DNA of 64,000 nucleotides, from NCBI GenBank assembly GCA_963664485.1, contig OY761459.1:581275-645274 (forward strand), in the 5' to 3' direction. Under the pieces are notes generated by a model that was not told the DNA's origin, did no database searches, and was given only the letters and a program-made list of their open reading frames with translations. This DNA is from Syntrophales bacterium (lineage in GTDB: Bacteria; Desulfobacterota; Syntrophia; Syntrophales; UBA2210). Position numbers and translations under genes: made by a program. Shown one piece after another: positions 1 to 7,972 of this stretch; the first letter of the stretch is position 1; each line of letters opens with the position of its first letter.

Positions 1-1290
1 AACGGCACGTTTGTAACCCACCCCAAAAAAGAACTCGTTATGAACGAAACTATTTTCAGCCAGGCGGAAGCGCGGGGGGATGAAAACCTGAGAAAAATCG
101 GACGGGAGATGATACATGGAAAATCGGGTTTTGTTCAATTCCGCAGTATCCTGACGGGAAAGCTTTGCTGGATGGCCTATGCGCCGCTCTCCTCCAGTCA
201 ATGGTCTCTGGGTGTTCTCTTCCCGCAGGATGAACTGATGGCGGATGTGGTACGCCTCAACAAAATCGTGATAATTCTCGGCATATTCGGATTCCTGTTT
301 CTCCTGGTCGTCATTGTTTACATTGCCCGGTCGATAACACGGCCGTTGAGCGTCCTTGCCGGTGTAACCGAAAATATTGCGACCGGAGATCTCGATATAT
401 CGATTCCCGAGATCGAAACGGGAGATGAGGTCGGAAAGTTGGCCCGGTCTTTCGACTACATGAAACAGTCCTTGAAACAATATATTGCCGATCTGACGGA
501 AACAACGGCCGTAAAGGAAAGAATAGAGAGCGAGTTGCAGATTGCCCATGACATACAGATGGGAATCCTGCCCAAGACTTTTCCGGAGATGCCGGAGTTC
601 GATCTCCATGCCGCACTCGAACCGGCGCGGGAAGTGGGAGGGGATCTCTACGATTTCTTTTTCCTCGACGACGAAAATCTCTGTTTTAACGTGGGTGATG
701 TTTCGGGTAAGGGAGTACCCGCATCGCTCTTCATGGCAGTTACCAAGACACTGATAAAGACCAGGGCCGCCAGGGGCATGATGCCGGAAACCATCCTGAA
801 TCAGGTAAATCGGGATCTTTCCACGGACAACCCATCGCTTCTTTTTGTCACGCTCTTTCTCGGGATTCTGAACATCAAAAACGGAACCATTGAATACTGT
901 AACGGAGGCCATAATCCACCCTATATCATCCGCGCTAACGGAACAATCGAAGCGTTGAATGTCCCCGGCGGAATGGCGCTGGGTGTCATGGAAGATTTTT
1001 CATTCCGGTCGCAGCAGATCGTTTTACACAAGGGAGATGCCATCTTCATCTATTCCGATGGTGTTACCGAGGCCATGAACAGCAAGTACGAACTCTTCTC
1101 AGAAGAAAGACTTACGGATGAACTGGGCAGGCTCAAGGATCTGGCGGTCGGGGATATACTTACGGGGGTTATGAAAAAGATCCGAGAGTTCGCACAGGAC
1201 GAACCCCAGGCAGACGATATTACCATGATGGTTATAAAATATAACGGGGGCCGTAAAGCGCCGGGCATAGCTGCCGGCGGAGATGCGTAA
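1..1290 (+). CDS. HAMP domain / PP2C-type (SpoIIE, RsbU-like) serine phosphatase; 5' end truncated by the window edge
   Basis: The frame is open from nt 1, with no in-frame stop before the ATG at 40. The first ~80 aa look like the end of a Cache-type sensor. A TM segment follows (IVIILGIFGFLFLLVVIVYIA), then HAMP (RSITRPLSVLAGVTENIATGDLD). SpoIIE/PP2C motifs are present: GGDLYDFF, GDVSGKGVPASLFM, YSDGVTEA, DDITMM. Confidence 0.8.
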   Translation, partial: NGTFVTHPKKELVMNETIFSQAEARGDENLRKIGREMIHGKSGFVQFRSILTGKLCWMAYAPLSSSQWSLGVLFPQDELMADVVRLNKIVIILGIFGFLFLLVVIVYIARSITRPLSVLAGVTENIATGDLDISIPEIETGDEVGKLARSFDYMKQSLKQYIADLTETTAVKERIESELQIAHDIQMGILPKTFPEMPEFDLHAALEPAREVGGDLYDFFFLDDENLCFNVGDVSGKGVPASLFMAVTKTLIKTRAARGMMPETILNQVNRDLSTDNPSLLFVTLFLGILNIKNGTIEYCNGGHNPPYIIRANGTIEALNVPGGMALGVMEDFSFRSQQIVLHKGDAIFIYSDGVTEAMNSKYELFSEERLTDELGRLKDLAVGDILTGVMKKIREFAQDEPQADDITMMVIKYNGGRKAPGIAAGGDA

Positions 1291-1363
1291 GCCGGGCGAG
1301 ATTATCAGCCGGAAAGCGAAAGTGTCGAGCATGATTATGCTGTCAGTGGCTGCCGCATTCGTG

Positions 1364-1390
1364 TTCAACGGTGTTGCTCTCACCGTTGAA
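1364..1390. terminator. Perfect 10-bp stem hairpin between convergent genes (possible bidirectional terminator)
   Basis: TTCAACGGTG-ttgctct-CACCGTTGAA lies between the phosphatase stop (1290) and the nifS stop (1457). The flanking T/A runs are weak. Confidence 0.35.
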
Positions 1391-1456
1391 GCCGGTTTCT
1401 ATCCCGATCGATATTACGATTACGGGAGAAACAAACGGCATCGATACATTGTCCGT

Positions 1457-2608
1457 TCAACTTTGAATGGAAGATATGCCCCGTAACTTCTCGATGATTT
1501 CTTCCAGCGCCTGTATCGTTAAATCTATCTCTTCCTTTGTTGTCCCCCGTCCAAGGGAAAAGCGCAGCGTTCCCTGGGCATGCATTTTGCTCAGACCCAT
1601 CGAACACAGCACATGAGAAGGTTCGGGCGAACCGGTGGCACATGCAGAACCGCTCGACGCGCATATTCCCCTGAGATCGAGGTGAAGGAGTATGGATTCT
1701 CCATCGACAGCGTCGAATGTTATACTGGTCGTATTGGGAACACGGTCAGCGGCAGCACCGTTTATCCCGATATTGCCGATTCTCCCTTCGATCTGACTTT
1801 CAAAGTAATCCCGCAGAGAACCGGTGTGTTCCTTGTTTGTCTCAAGCGATGCGGTCGCGATCTCGGCGGCTTTTGCAAATCCCACGATAGCGGGGATATT
1901 TTCGGTTCCCGCTCTCCTGCCGTGCTCCTGTTCCCCGCCGGTTATAAATGGAGAAAGCTTTGCTCCGCTTCGAATGTACAACGCGCCGATACCTTTCGGC
2001 CCGTAAATCTTGTGAGCGGAAACCGTGAGGAGATCGACGCCAAGGTCGTGAACGTTTACCGGAATCTTTCCAAATGCCTGGACCGCATCGGTGTGAAAAA
2101 GTATTCCCTTATTCCGTGAGATCCTGCCGATCGCCTCGATCGGCTGTATCACCCCTGTTTCATTGTTCGCATACATGATACTGATGAGAACCGTATCGGG
2201 TGTAATGCTCTTGACAACATCTTCCGGGTCTACCCTGCCCTGTGAGTCCACGGGGAGCCGGGTGACCTTTATCCCCTGTAACCTGAGATCATCACACGTT
2301 TTTAATACCGCATGGTGTTCTACAGGAGAAGTAATTATATGACATGCCTTTCCCTGAAAAATCCTGCTTACACCCCTGAGCGCCAGATTGTCCGCTTCCG
2401 TACCGGAAGCCGTGAAGATAATTTCTTCGGCCGATGCGGCCATGGCCGATGCAATCGCGCGCCGTGCGTTTTCAAGGACAACCCGTACATCCCGGGCGGG
2501 CGCATAAAAACTCGAAGCATTACCAAACCGTTCACAGAAGAAAGGACGCATTGCTTCGAAAACTTCCGGCAATACGGGTGTTGTCGCATTGTAATCAAGA
2601 TAAACCAT
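1457..2608 (-). CDS. nifS: Cysteine desulfurase, NifS/IscS family (class V aminotransferase)
   Basis: 383 aa. N-terminus is MVYLDYNATTP. The PLP-Lys region is SAHKIYGPKG and the C-terminal active-site loop is SSGSAC. The start lies 1 nt after the stop of the upstream scaffold gene. Confidence 0.85.
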   Translation of the reverse strand: MVYLDYNATTPVLPEVFEAMRPFFCERFGNASSFYAPARDVRVVLENARRAIASAMAASAEEIIFTASGTEADNLALRGVSRIFQGKACHIITSPVEHHAVLKTCDDLRLQGIKVTRLPVDSQGRVDPEDVVKSITPDTVLISIMYANNETGVIQPIEAIGRISRNKGILFHTDAVQAFGKIPVNVHDLGVDLLTVSAHKIYGPKGIGALYIRSGAKLSPFITGGEQEHGRRAGTENIPAIVGFAKAAEIATASLETNKEHTGSLRDYFESQIEGRIGNIGINGAAADRVPNTTSITFDAVDGESILLHLDLRGICASSGSACATGSPEPSHVLCSMGLSKMHAQGTLRFSLGRGTTKEEIDLTIQALEEIIEKLRGISSIQS

Positions 2609-2609
2609 C

Positions 2610-3068
2610 TTACTTTACCAGCCCGATCTCCTTTTTAAACAAATAAATCTCAATGGCTTTATGCAGAGCGGTAATGCCCAGCAGCGAGCAATGTTTTTTC
2701 TCCTCCGGAATACCTCCAAGCGCATTGATGACATCGTCATCTGTAAGTCGGGCAGCTTCTTCCAATGTTTTGCCGAGGGCAAGTTTGGTTGTCATGCTGC
2801 TCGTGGCGATTGCCCCGGGGCACCCGAACGATTTGAACTTTATATCTGTTATTACACCAGATTGTACCTTGATCCACAGCTTCATCTGATCGCCGCATCC
2901 CGGGTCACCCACAATTGCAAATCCATCCGCCTCATCCCGAGACATTTCTCCCACATTGCAGGGATTGGTAAAATGTTCTATAACAACATCGTTATAGAAC
3001 AGCATGGGGGCTTCCTCACCACATACACATACGTGCGGATTTTCCTCGACAGACTTTTCCTTACTCAT
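2610..3068 (-). CDS. nifU: Fe-S cluster assembly scaffold, NifU N-terminal/IscU type
   Basis: 152 aa with the three conserved Cys contexts GDPGCGD, FGCPGAIATSS and KKHCSLLG. AGGAGA lies 11 nt upstream of the ATG. Adjacent to nifS. Confidence 0.8.
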   Translation of the reverse strand: MSKEKSVEENPHVCVCGEEAPMLFYNDVVIEHFTNPCNVGEMSRDEADGFAIVGDPGCGDQMKLWIKVQSGVITDIKFKSFGCPGAIATSSMTTKLALGKTLEEAARLTDDDVINALGGIPEEKKHCSLLGITALHKAIEIYLFKKEIGLVK

Positions 3069-3907
3069 CTTTCTTCAATTCTCCTGATTACCGGAACAAA
3101 GCACCGGCCCAAAAAAATCATATGCCTCATTTCCTACCGGTCATTGCCCGGCATTTAAACATTTCATACCGGGCCTGCGGTTGTCTCTAACCGCCCTGCT
3201 ATCCGGAGTTTCGAAACCTTCCTCCTCAAAAAACCGGACCCGGTCACTAAAGTCGGGAACAGCATTATAAAGGCCTGCGGCGGTAGAACGATCTTTCTTA
3301 ACATAACCGGGACAAAAGAGATAAATTATCAGACATAAGAACTACTATCTGCCCGCATGGCTGCCTTATAACCTTTTTAGCGAAGGCGCAGTATAAGAAA
3401 AGAGTTCTTGCAAGTCAATGGAATAATTGACCCCGATATCCGGAAATGCGTTTGATTATCGCGGAGAAGAATGGTTTCTAATCCGCACACACATAACCGG
3501 GAAACTCGTGAACCAATTAAAACTATAATACCAACAAAAAACAGATCATATCACTCACAGGCAGGTGAATCAGATTTGTTAGTTATGGTCAATCGTACTA
3601 CGCACCAACCCATTAAGAAAAAAATTGAAATACAGGCATGATTCTGCTAATGCAAAGGCAGTTTTCTGCCATCATCGACTCAGTATGAACGCTATGTTCA
3701 AGAGTCATTATCAGTCAGGGGGATGAATTTTCAGATGATGCAAAACTTCCCCGGCCCATAGAGCGAATTATTCTTTAACGCTATTAATGGTCGCATTGAC
3801 AGGTCAGGGTATCCGCTGTACGGATATCCGAAGATTATCCATAACAATAAGAAGTAAAATCCAAAATCCGGTTCGACCTCAACATCATAATATATACTTT
3901 GAAGTAA

Positions 3908-3945
3908 CCCCGCCGCGGACAGCGGGGAATATGCTTTTTGTTTAT
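3908..3945 (+). terminator. Orphan rho-independent-terminator-like hairpin in a ~1-kb non-coding region
   Basis: CCCCGC-cgcggaca-GCGGGG is followed by aatatgCTTTTTGTTTATTT. No convincing upstream + strand CDS. Confidence 0.35.
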
Positions 3946-4085
3946 TTCAACAATATATTTGATATCTTCTTGTGTCAGATTTTTTCATAGCCATAAAAAA
4001 TTTAATCACGTAACAAATATACAGCAGGGACCCTTTGCCACCTATTAAAGATGCTTGTTGAGCGTTTAAGAAAAGGAGCTGGACT

Positions 4086-5645
4086 ATGGGGAATATCATT
4101 AACCGTGATACGATCGGCGATATGGCCAGAAGGGCAGCAACGAAATACGGCAGAAAAACCGCCATTATATTTCGTGACCGGAAGCTTTCATTTTATGATC
4201 TCGAGCGCGAGGCTCGTCGTTTCGCTCTTCTCATGATGAAATACGGAATCGGGAAAGGGGACCGAGTTGCCATCTATGCCTACAATTCCCATTACTATCC
4301 GATAAGCATGATAGGACTGGCGAAAATCGGGGCTATCCAGGTCCCGATCAACTACATGTTGAATGCCGAAGAGATCGCATACATTCTCAACCATTCAGAA
4401 TCAAAGCTCTTTATTGTAGAAGACACACTGTATCCGATCATAGCGCAGGCTCAGGCAGCGTTTACCACATTGGAAAGAAAAGGTTTTATTCCCCTAGCGG
4501 GCTCAAAAACACCCGATGGTTATTTCGACTTGACAGCGGAAATGGAAACCATGCCCTACGATGAGCCGAACGTGGAGGTCAGCGCCGAGGATATTGTCCA
4601 GATACCTTACACCAGTGGTACGGAATCGAATCCGAAAGGGGCTATGCTTTCGCACCGGGCATTCATGTCCCAGTATCACAGTTGCATCTTCGACGGGCAT
4701 TACGAGACGGATGATGTCAGCCTGCATGCCCTGCCTCTTTTTCACTGCGCGCAGTTGCATTGTTTCCTCATGCCTTACCTGTATATCGGGGCAACCAATG
4801 TCATCATGCACAAGGCGGATTCTCTGGAAATGATCAGGTCCATCGAGAAGTTCCAGATAACTCACATGTTCGCCCCTCCGACAGTCTGGATCGGGATACT
4901 GAACCATCCGGAATTCAAAAATTATAATCACGGCAGTCTCAAAAAGGCCGCATACGGCGCCAGCATAATGCCGGTGGAGATTATCAAACGAATCTCCGTA
5001 ACGTTCCCCGGCCTCGAACTATGGAACTACTACGGGCAGACAGAAATGGGACCGGTCGCTACCATCCTGAAACCCCGCGATCAACTCCTGAAACCGGGAT
5101 CTGCCGGGAAACCCGTTCTGAACGTGGAAACCAGGCTGATGGATGATAACGGACGGTTCGTCCCAGTCGGCACGGCAGGAGAGATCGTCCACCGTTCCGG
5201 ACATGTTATGACCGGTTATCTGAACAATCAGGAAAAAACCGAAGAAGCCTTTGCATTCGGCTGGTTCCACAGCGGCGATCTTGGAAAGTTTGATGAAGAC
5301 GGCTATTTGTACATCGTAGACCGCAAGAAGGACATGATCAAGACCGGCGGAGAAAACGTGGCGTCCAGGGAAGTCGAAGAGGTCATATACGGACACCCCT
5401 CCATCGAGGAGGTGGCGGTTATAGGATTACCGGATCCGAAATGGATCGAGATCGTGGTTGCCGTAGTCGTCCCCAAAACAGGTAAATCGCTCGATGAGAA
5501 AGAGTTGATTGCCTACAGCAGGGAACGCCTGGCGGGATTCAAATGCCCTAAAAAGATCGTAATAACCGAAAAACTCCCGAAGAACCCGTCCGGCAAGATT
5601 CTCAAACGGGAACTTAAAGAGAACCTCGTGCGTGATGTACTTTAA
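4086..5645 (+). CDS. AMP-forming acyl-CoA synthetase / fatty-acid--CoA ligase (ANL superfamily)
   Basis: 519 aa. AMP-binding motif is YTSGTESNPKGAMLSH. Also YGQTE, GEIVHRSGHVMTGY, GDLGKFDEDGYLYIVDRKKDMIKTGGENV and C-terminal PSGKILKRELK. AAAGGAG lies 7 nt upstream of the ATG. Confidence 0.88.
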   Translation: MGNIINRDTIGDMARRAATKYGRKTAIIFRDRKLSFYDLEREARRFALLMMKYGIGKGDRVAIYAYNSHYYPISMIGLAKIGAIQVPINYMLNAEEIAYILNHSESKLFIVEDTLYPIIAQAQAAFTTLERKGFIPLAGSKTPDGYFDLTAEMETMPYDEPNVEVSAEDIVQIPYTSGTESNPKGAMLSHRAFMSQYHSCIFDGHYETDDVSLHALPLFHCAQLHCFLMPYLYIGATNVIMHKADSLEMIRSIEKFQITHMFAPPTVWIGILNHPEFKNYNHGSLKKAAYGASIMPVEIIKRISVTFPGLELWNYYGQTEMGPVATILKPRDQLLKPGSAGKPVLNVETRLMDDNGRFVPVGTAGEIVHRSGHVMTGYLNNQEKTEEAFAFGWFHSGDLGKFDEDGYLYIVDRKKDMIKTGGENVASREVEEVIYGHPSIEEVAVIGLPDPKWIEIVVAVVVPKTGKSLDEKELIAYSRERLAGFKCPKKIVITEKLPKNPSGKILKRELKENLVRDVL

Positions 5646-6120
5646 ATATTGGACTTTCACTGGAAATCATATGCTTTTCCGACGAGCACGATCACCGTTC
5701 CGCCCATCGGCAGAACAAACATAATTGTTACCGATTGCTATAGACGAGACTCTCGCCCCTTAAGCATATAAAATCCATGGTCATGCACAAAACAATATTT
5801 GTATTTCTAAGCCAGTTATCAAAGGCGAGGCCGAAAAGACTCTGGCAGAGGCAAAAGCTGTCGTCAAAGCGGATTTTTCAACCCAGATCAATCACCAGGT
5901 CCACTGGAACCGTAATATCCTCAGCGTATTTCGAAGGTCAGGGTGAAAACCCTCAGTTAATCGGCGGCGGCGGAAACATCAATATCCATTTCTGCTGTAA
6001 TCAGATCAAGTATTTAATCAATGCCCAATACATAAATCTGTACTTGAAAAGTTTTTTCAATCCTTTGGAGAAAATTCCGCGGATGAGGGAGGGGATTCAA
6101 AAGATTACAGCATTACCTAA

Positions 6121-6903
6121 TCACCGACGGTTTTTGGAGTATACGCGCATTGCCATGGCGGTTCTCAGGCAGTAGAATTGGCCAGGGTTTCCCCTTTTGA
6201 GGCGAATCAGATTTACAGGTTGAAGCGACATCCGTAACCATGGCACCGCCCGTTCATACTTGACAACCAATCGCCGAACGGTAGACATGTCCTGGTATTC
6301 GTCACAGAAAGCAGCTACAAGCCGTCTCACGAGATTCGGAGAGCAAACAGCCGTCAATCCGGCGCAGAATTGCCAGACCTCAGCGTCCTTGGCAGTTTGG
6401 AGGTTCTGACTGACATGCGGTTCCCCAAAATCAAACCAGGTCCAATCCTCAAAGATGTTGTGAGGGGCACCATCACTGTGGATTTCGAGAAGGGATGTGA
6501 CGCGTTGGTGGCGAATTCGGATTCTTCGAGCCGCTTCCCGGACAAGTGGTTCCGGATCGAGGGAGCAACCGATAATTTCCGCTTGTGTTAATTGTTTCAT
6601 AAGAGGGTAAATCAGGACATTCCTGAGCCTGAAGAGCCTGTTACCATCGGAGAGATCGAGTTTTTCCCTCGGCACATCAACGGGCGAAAGAACCTTGACT
6701 CCGAGTTGCTGGAACGCTTGTATTGATTGGAGTTCACGTTCCATGCAATCGGCTCCCCACTCTTTCTGGGCTTCCCTGAAAAACGATTTTACAAAAAATT
6801 TGCGGCTGTTTTGTTCAATGATGAATATTGTTTCCGGAAATCGGAACGATCCGGAAGTTAAAGGAGAAATTTTATAGTCAGAATTCTCATCAAATATCAG
6901 CAT
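6121..6903 (-). CDS. Small protein-kinase-like fold protein (Kdo/WaaP- or RIO-like); function unknown
   Basis: 260 aa. Catalytic-loop-like HSDGAPHNIF (HxDxxxxN), DFG-like WFDFGEP, and a candidate ATP-binding Lys in FFVKSF. The call rests on motifs only. Confidence 0.5.
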   Translation of the reverse strand: MLIFDENSDYKISPLTSGSFRFPETIFIIEQNSRKFFVKSFFREAQKEWGADCMERELQSIQAFQQLGVKVLSPVDVPREKLDLSDGNRLFRLRNVLIYPLMKQLTQAEIIGCSLDPEPLVREAARRIRIRHQRVTSLLEIHSDGAPHNIFEDWTWFDFGEPHVSQNLQTAKDAEVWQFCAGLTAVCSPNLVRRLVAAFCDEYQDMSTVRRLVVKYERAVPWLRMSLQPVNLIRLKRGNPGQFYCLRTAMAMRVYSKNRR

Positions 6904-7059
6904 AGATCACAATTTCTTCTTTTTTATACATTTAAAACGTTATTATTATAAACTTGAATCCGCAATAAAAAATTTAAGCCGACGTGATTTGTCGATTAAA
7001 TCAGATTACATTTAGAAGTGGTCCCGAAAATTTGAACACGCCTTTAGGTGGAAAATCTG

Positions 7060-7281
7060 CTACAAATAGTGCTCGATTAAGGGCGCAAATAAGGAGCAGA
7101 GAATGGCAAAAGGAACAAGGCGGAGACACTCAGCGGCATTCATGGCACCGGTGATCTCCGTTTCATCTGCTGCGCAGACACTCGTTACCGTTGTCGTTGC
7201 GAAGAACATCGATACCGCAAACAGGCAAAACACCGCTACCAGCACACCTAAATACTTCTTCATACTGCCACTTCTCTTCAT
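7060..7281 (-). CDS. Small hydrophobic protein (signal peptide or two TM segments), unknown function
   Basis: 73 aa. A strong SD, AAGGAGGAGG, lies ~8 nt upstream of the ATG at 7281. The N-terminus is hydrophobic (KKYLGVLVAVFCLFAVSMFFA) with a possible VCA/AD cleavage site. A second hydrophobic stretch is LRLVPFAILCSLFAPLI. Confidence 0.5.
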   Translation of the reverse strand: MKRSGSMKKYLGVLVAVFCLFAVSMFFATTTVTSVCAADETEITGAMNAAECLRLVPFAILCSLFAPLIEHYL

Positions 7282-7349
7282 ACCACTACCTCCTCCTTTT
7301 AAAAATTTTTGAGCACCATGCTCTTTTTTGTTTTACCGGTTCCATCATC

Positions 7350-7733
7350 TTACAGATCACCCGGTTTTCTCGTAATTTTGTATTGTTTTATATCTATATA
7401 GAGCTTGTCGTCATGTCTTCGCTCTATGATTCCCCAAACCTCCACATAACAACGGCAATGGGCTGTAAGTTCCCCGTTCTTCCCTGCTGGGACAGGGACG
7501 TATCTTTGTTCGTGCTGTGCATCGATGGCAACCTCACTAATTTTGCCGTTTTCATCCCATGACGACGGAACTATTATACCCCTCAGGCAGGCAAGCTCTT
7601 GTTGACGTCGACATTTTGTACCCTTAATCGCCATAGTGAGCCGTGATGACTTTTTGCGTTTCGGACCTTTCGTTATTCCCCAGGAACACAGGACAGGAAG
7701 CTTCTCCTTTTTATTCCGGGGGATCTCTCCCAT
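7350..7733 (-). CDS. Hypothetical small protein; start uncertain (7733 or 7634), the 163-aa ORF-track start is probably too long
   Basis: A candidate sigma-54 promoter sits inside the long ORF at 7775-7791, so translation most likely begins at a downstream in-frame ATG: 7763, 7733 or 7634. The conserved-looking core is ...CLRGIIVPSSWDENGKISEVAIDAQHEQRYVPVPAGKNGEL...VEVWGII.... No family is recognised with certainty. Confidence 0.4.
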   Translation of the reverse strand: MGEIPRNKKEKLPVLCSWGITKGPKRKKSSRLTMAIKGTKCRRQQELACLRGIIVPSSWDENGKISEVAIDAQHEQRYVPVPAGKNGELTAHCRCYVEVWGIIERRHDDKLYIDIKQYKITRKPGDL

Positions 7734-7774
7734 ATTTGCAATCCAACGGATTGCATGGTCCATGACAGAACACA

Positions 7775-7791
7775 TTGCACACACTGTGCCT
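7775..7791 (-). promoter_or_regulatory. Candidate sigma-54 (-24/-12) promoter
   Basis: The minus strand reads AGGCAC-AGTGTG-TGCAA. This keeps the consensus TGGCAC-N5-TTGCA spacing, with GG and GC separated by 10 nt. It lies 182 nt downstream of the sigma-54 activator gene stop. Confidence 0.5.
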
Positions 7792-7844
7792 GAATTGTAA
7801 CTAATTGAATTTACGGATATTTGGATTACAAGATTGGACAAGAC

Positions 7845-7869
7845 CGGAACGTTTGTTCCGCTTCCGGAA
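7845..7869. promoter_or_regulatory. Inverted repeats; candidate activator-binding site (UAS) for the adjacent sigma-54 activator
   Basis: CGGAAC-gttt-GTTCCG is a perfect 6-bp arm repeat at 7845-7860. It is followed by the palindrome TTCCGGAA at 7862-7869. Both lie ~55-85 nt upstream of the -24 element on the minus strand. Confidence 0.3.
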
Positions 7870-7972
7870 TTTCGGTACGGGAGAATGCCTCGACTATAAC
7901 ATTTGGTGATTATTTATAAAAAGATGATTATCGAAACTTTTGGTCTGATATATGTATCGGGAATGAAAGTTC

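Noticed and set aside
3631-3670. Sigma-54-like strings AGGCATGATTCTGCT and AGGCAGTTTTCTGCC upstream of the acyl-CoA synthetase.
   Set aside because: The GG-to-GC spacing is 9 nt rather than the required 10. The second string is simply a GGCAG/CTGCC hairpin.
3787-3990. Short ORFs in intergenic regions: 3787-3990, 3947-4165, 18392-18601, 18526-18879, 37727-37912, 38874-39238 and 44413-44655.
   Set aside because: They have no SD sequences, show odd composition and overlap terminator- or promoter-like elements. There is no recognisable similarity, so they are not reported as genes.
7060-7281. The 73-aa peptide as a RiPP precursor modified by the nearby kinase-like protein.
   Set aside because: The N-terminus looks like an ordinary signal or TM segment rather than a leader peptide. 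No cyclase, protease or exporter gene is nearby. There are no repeated Ser/Thr/Cys core motifs.
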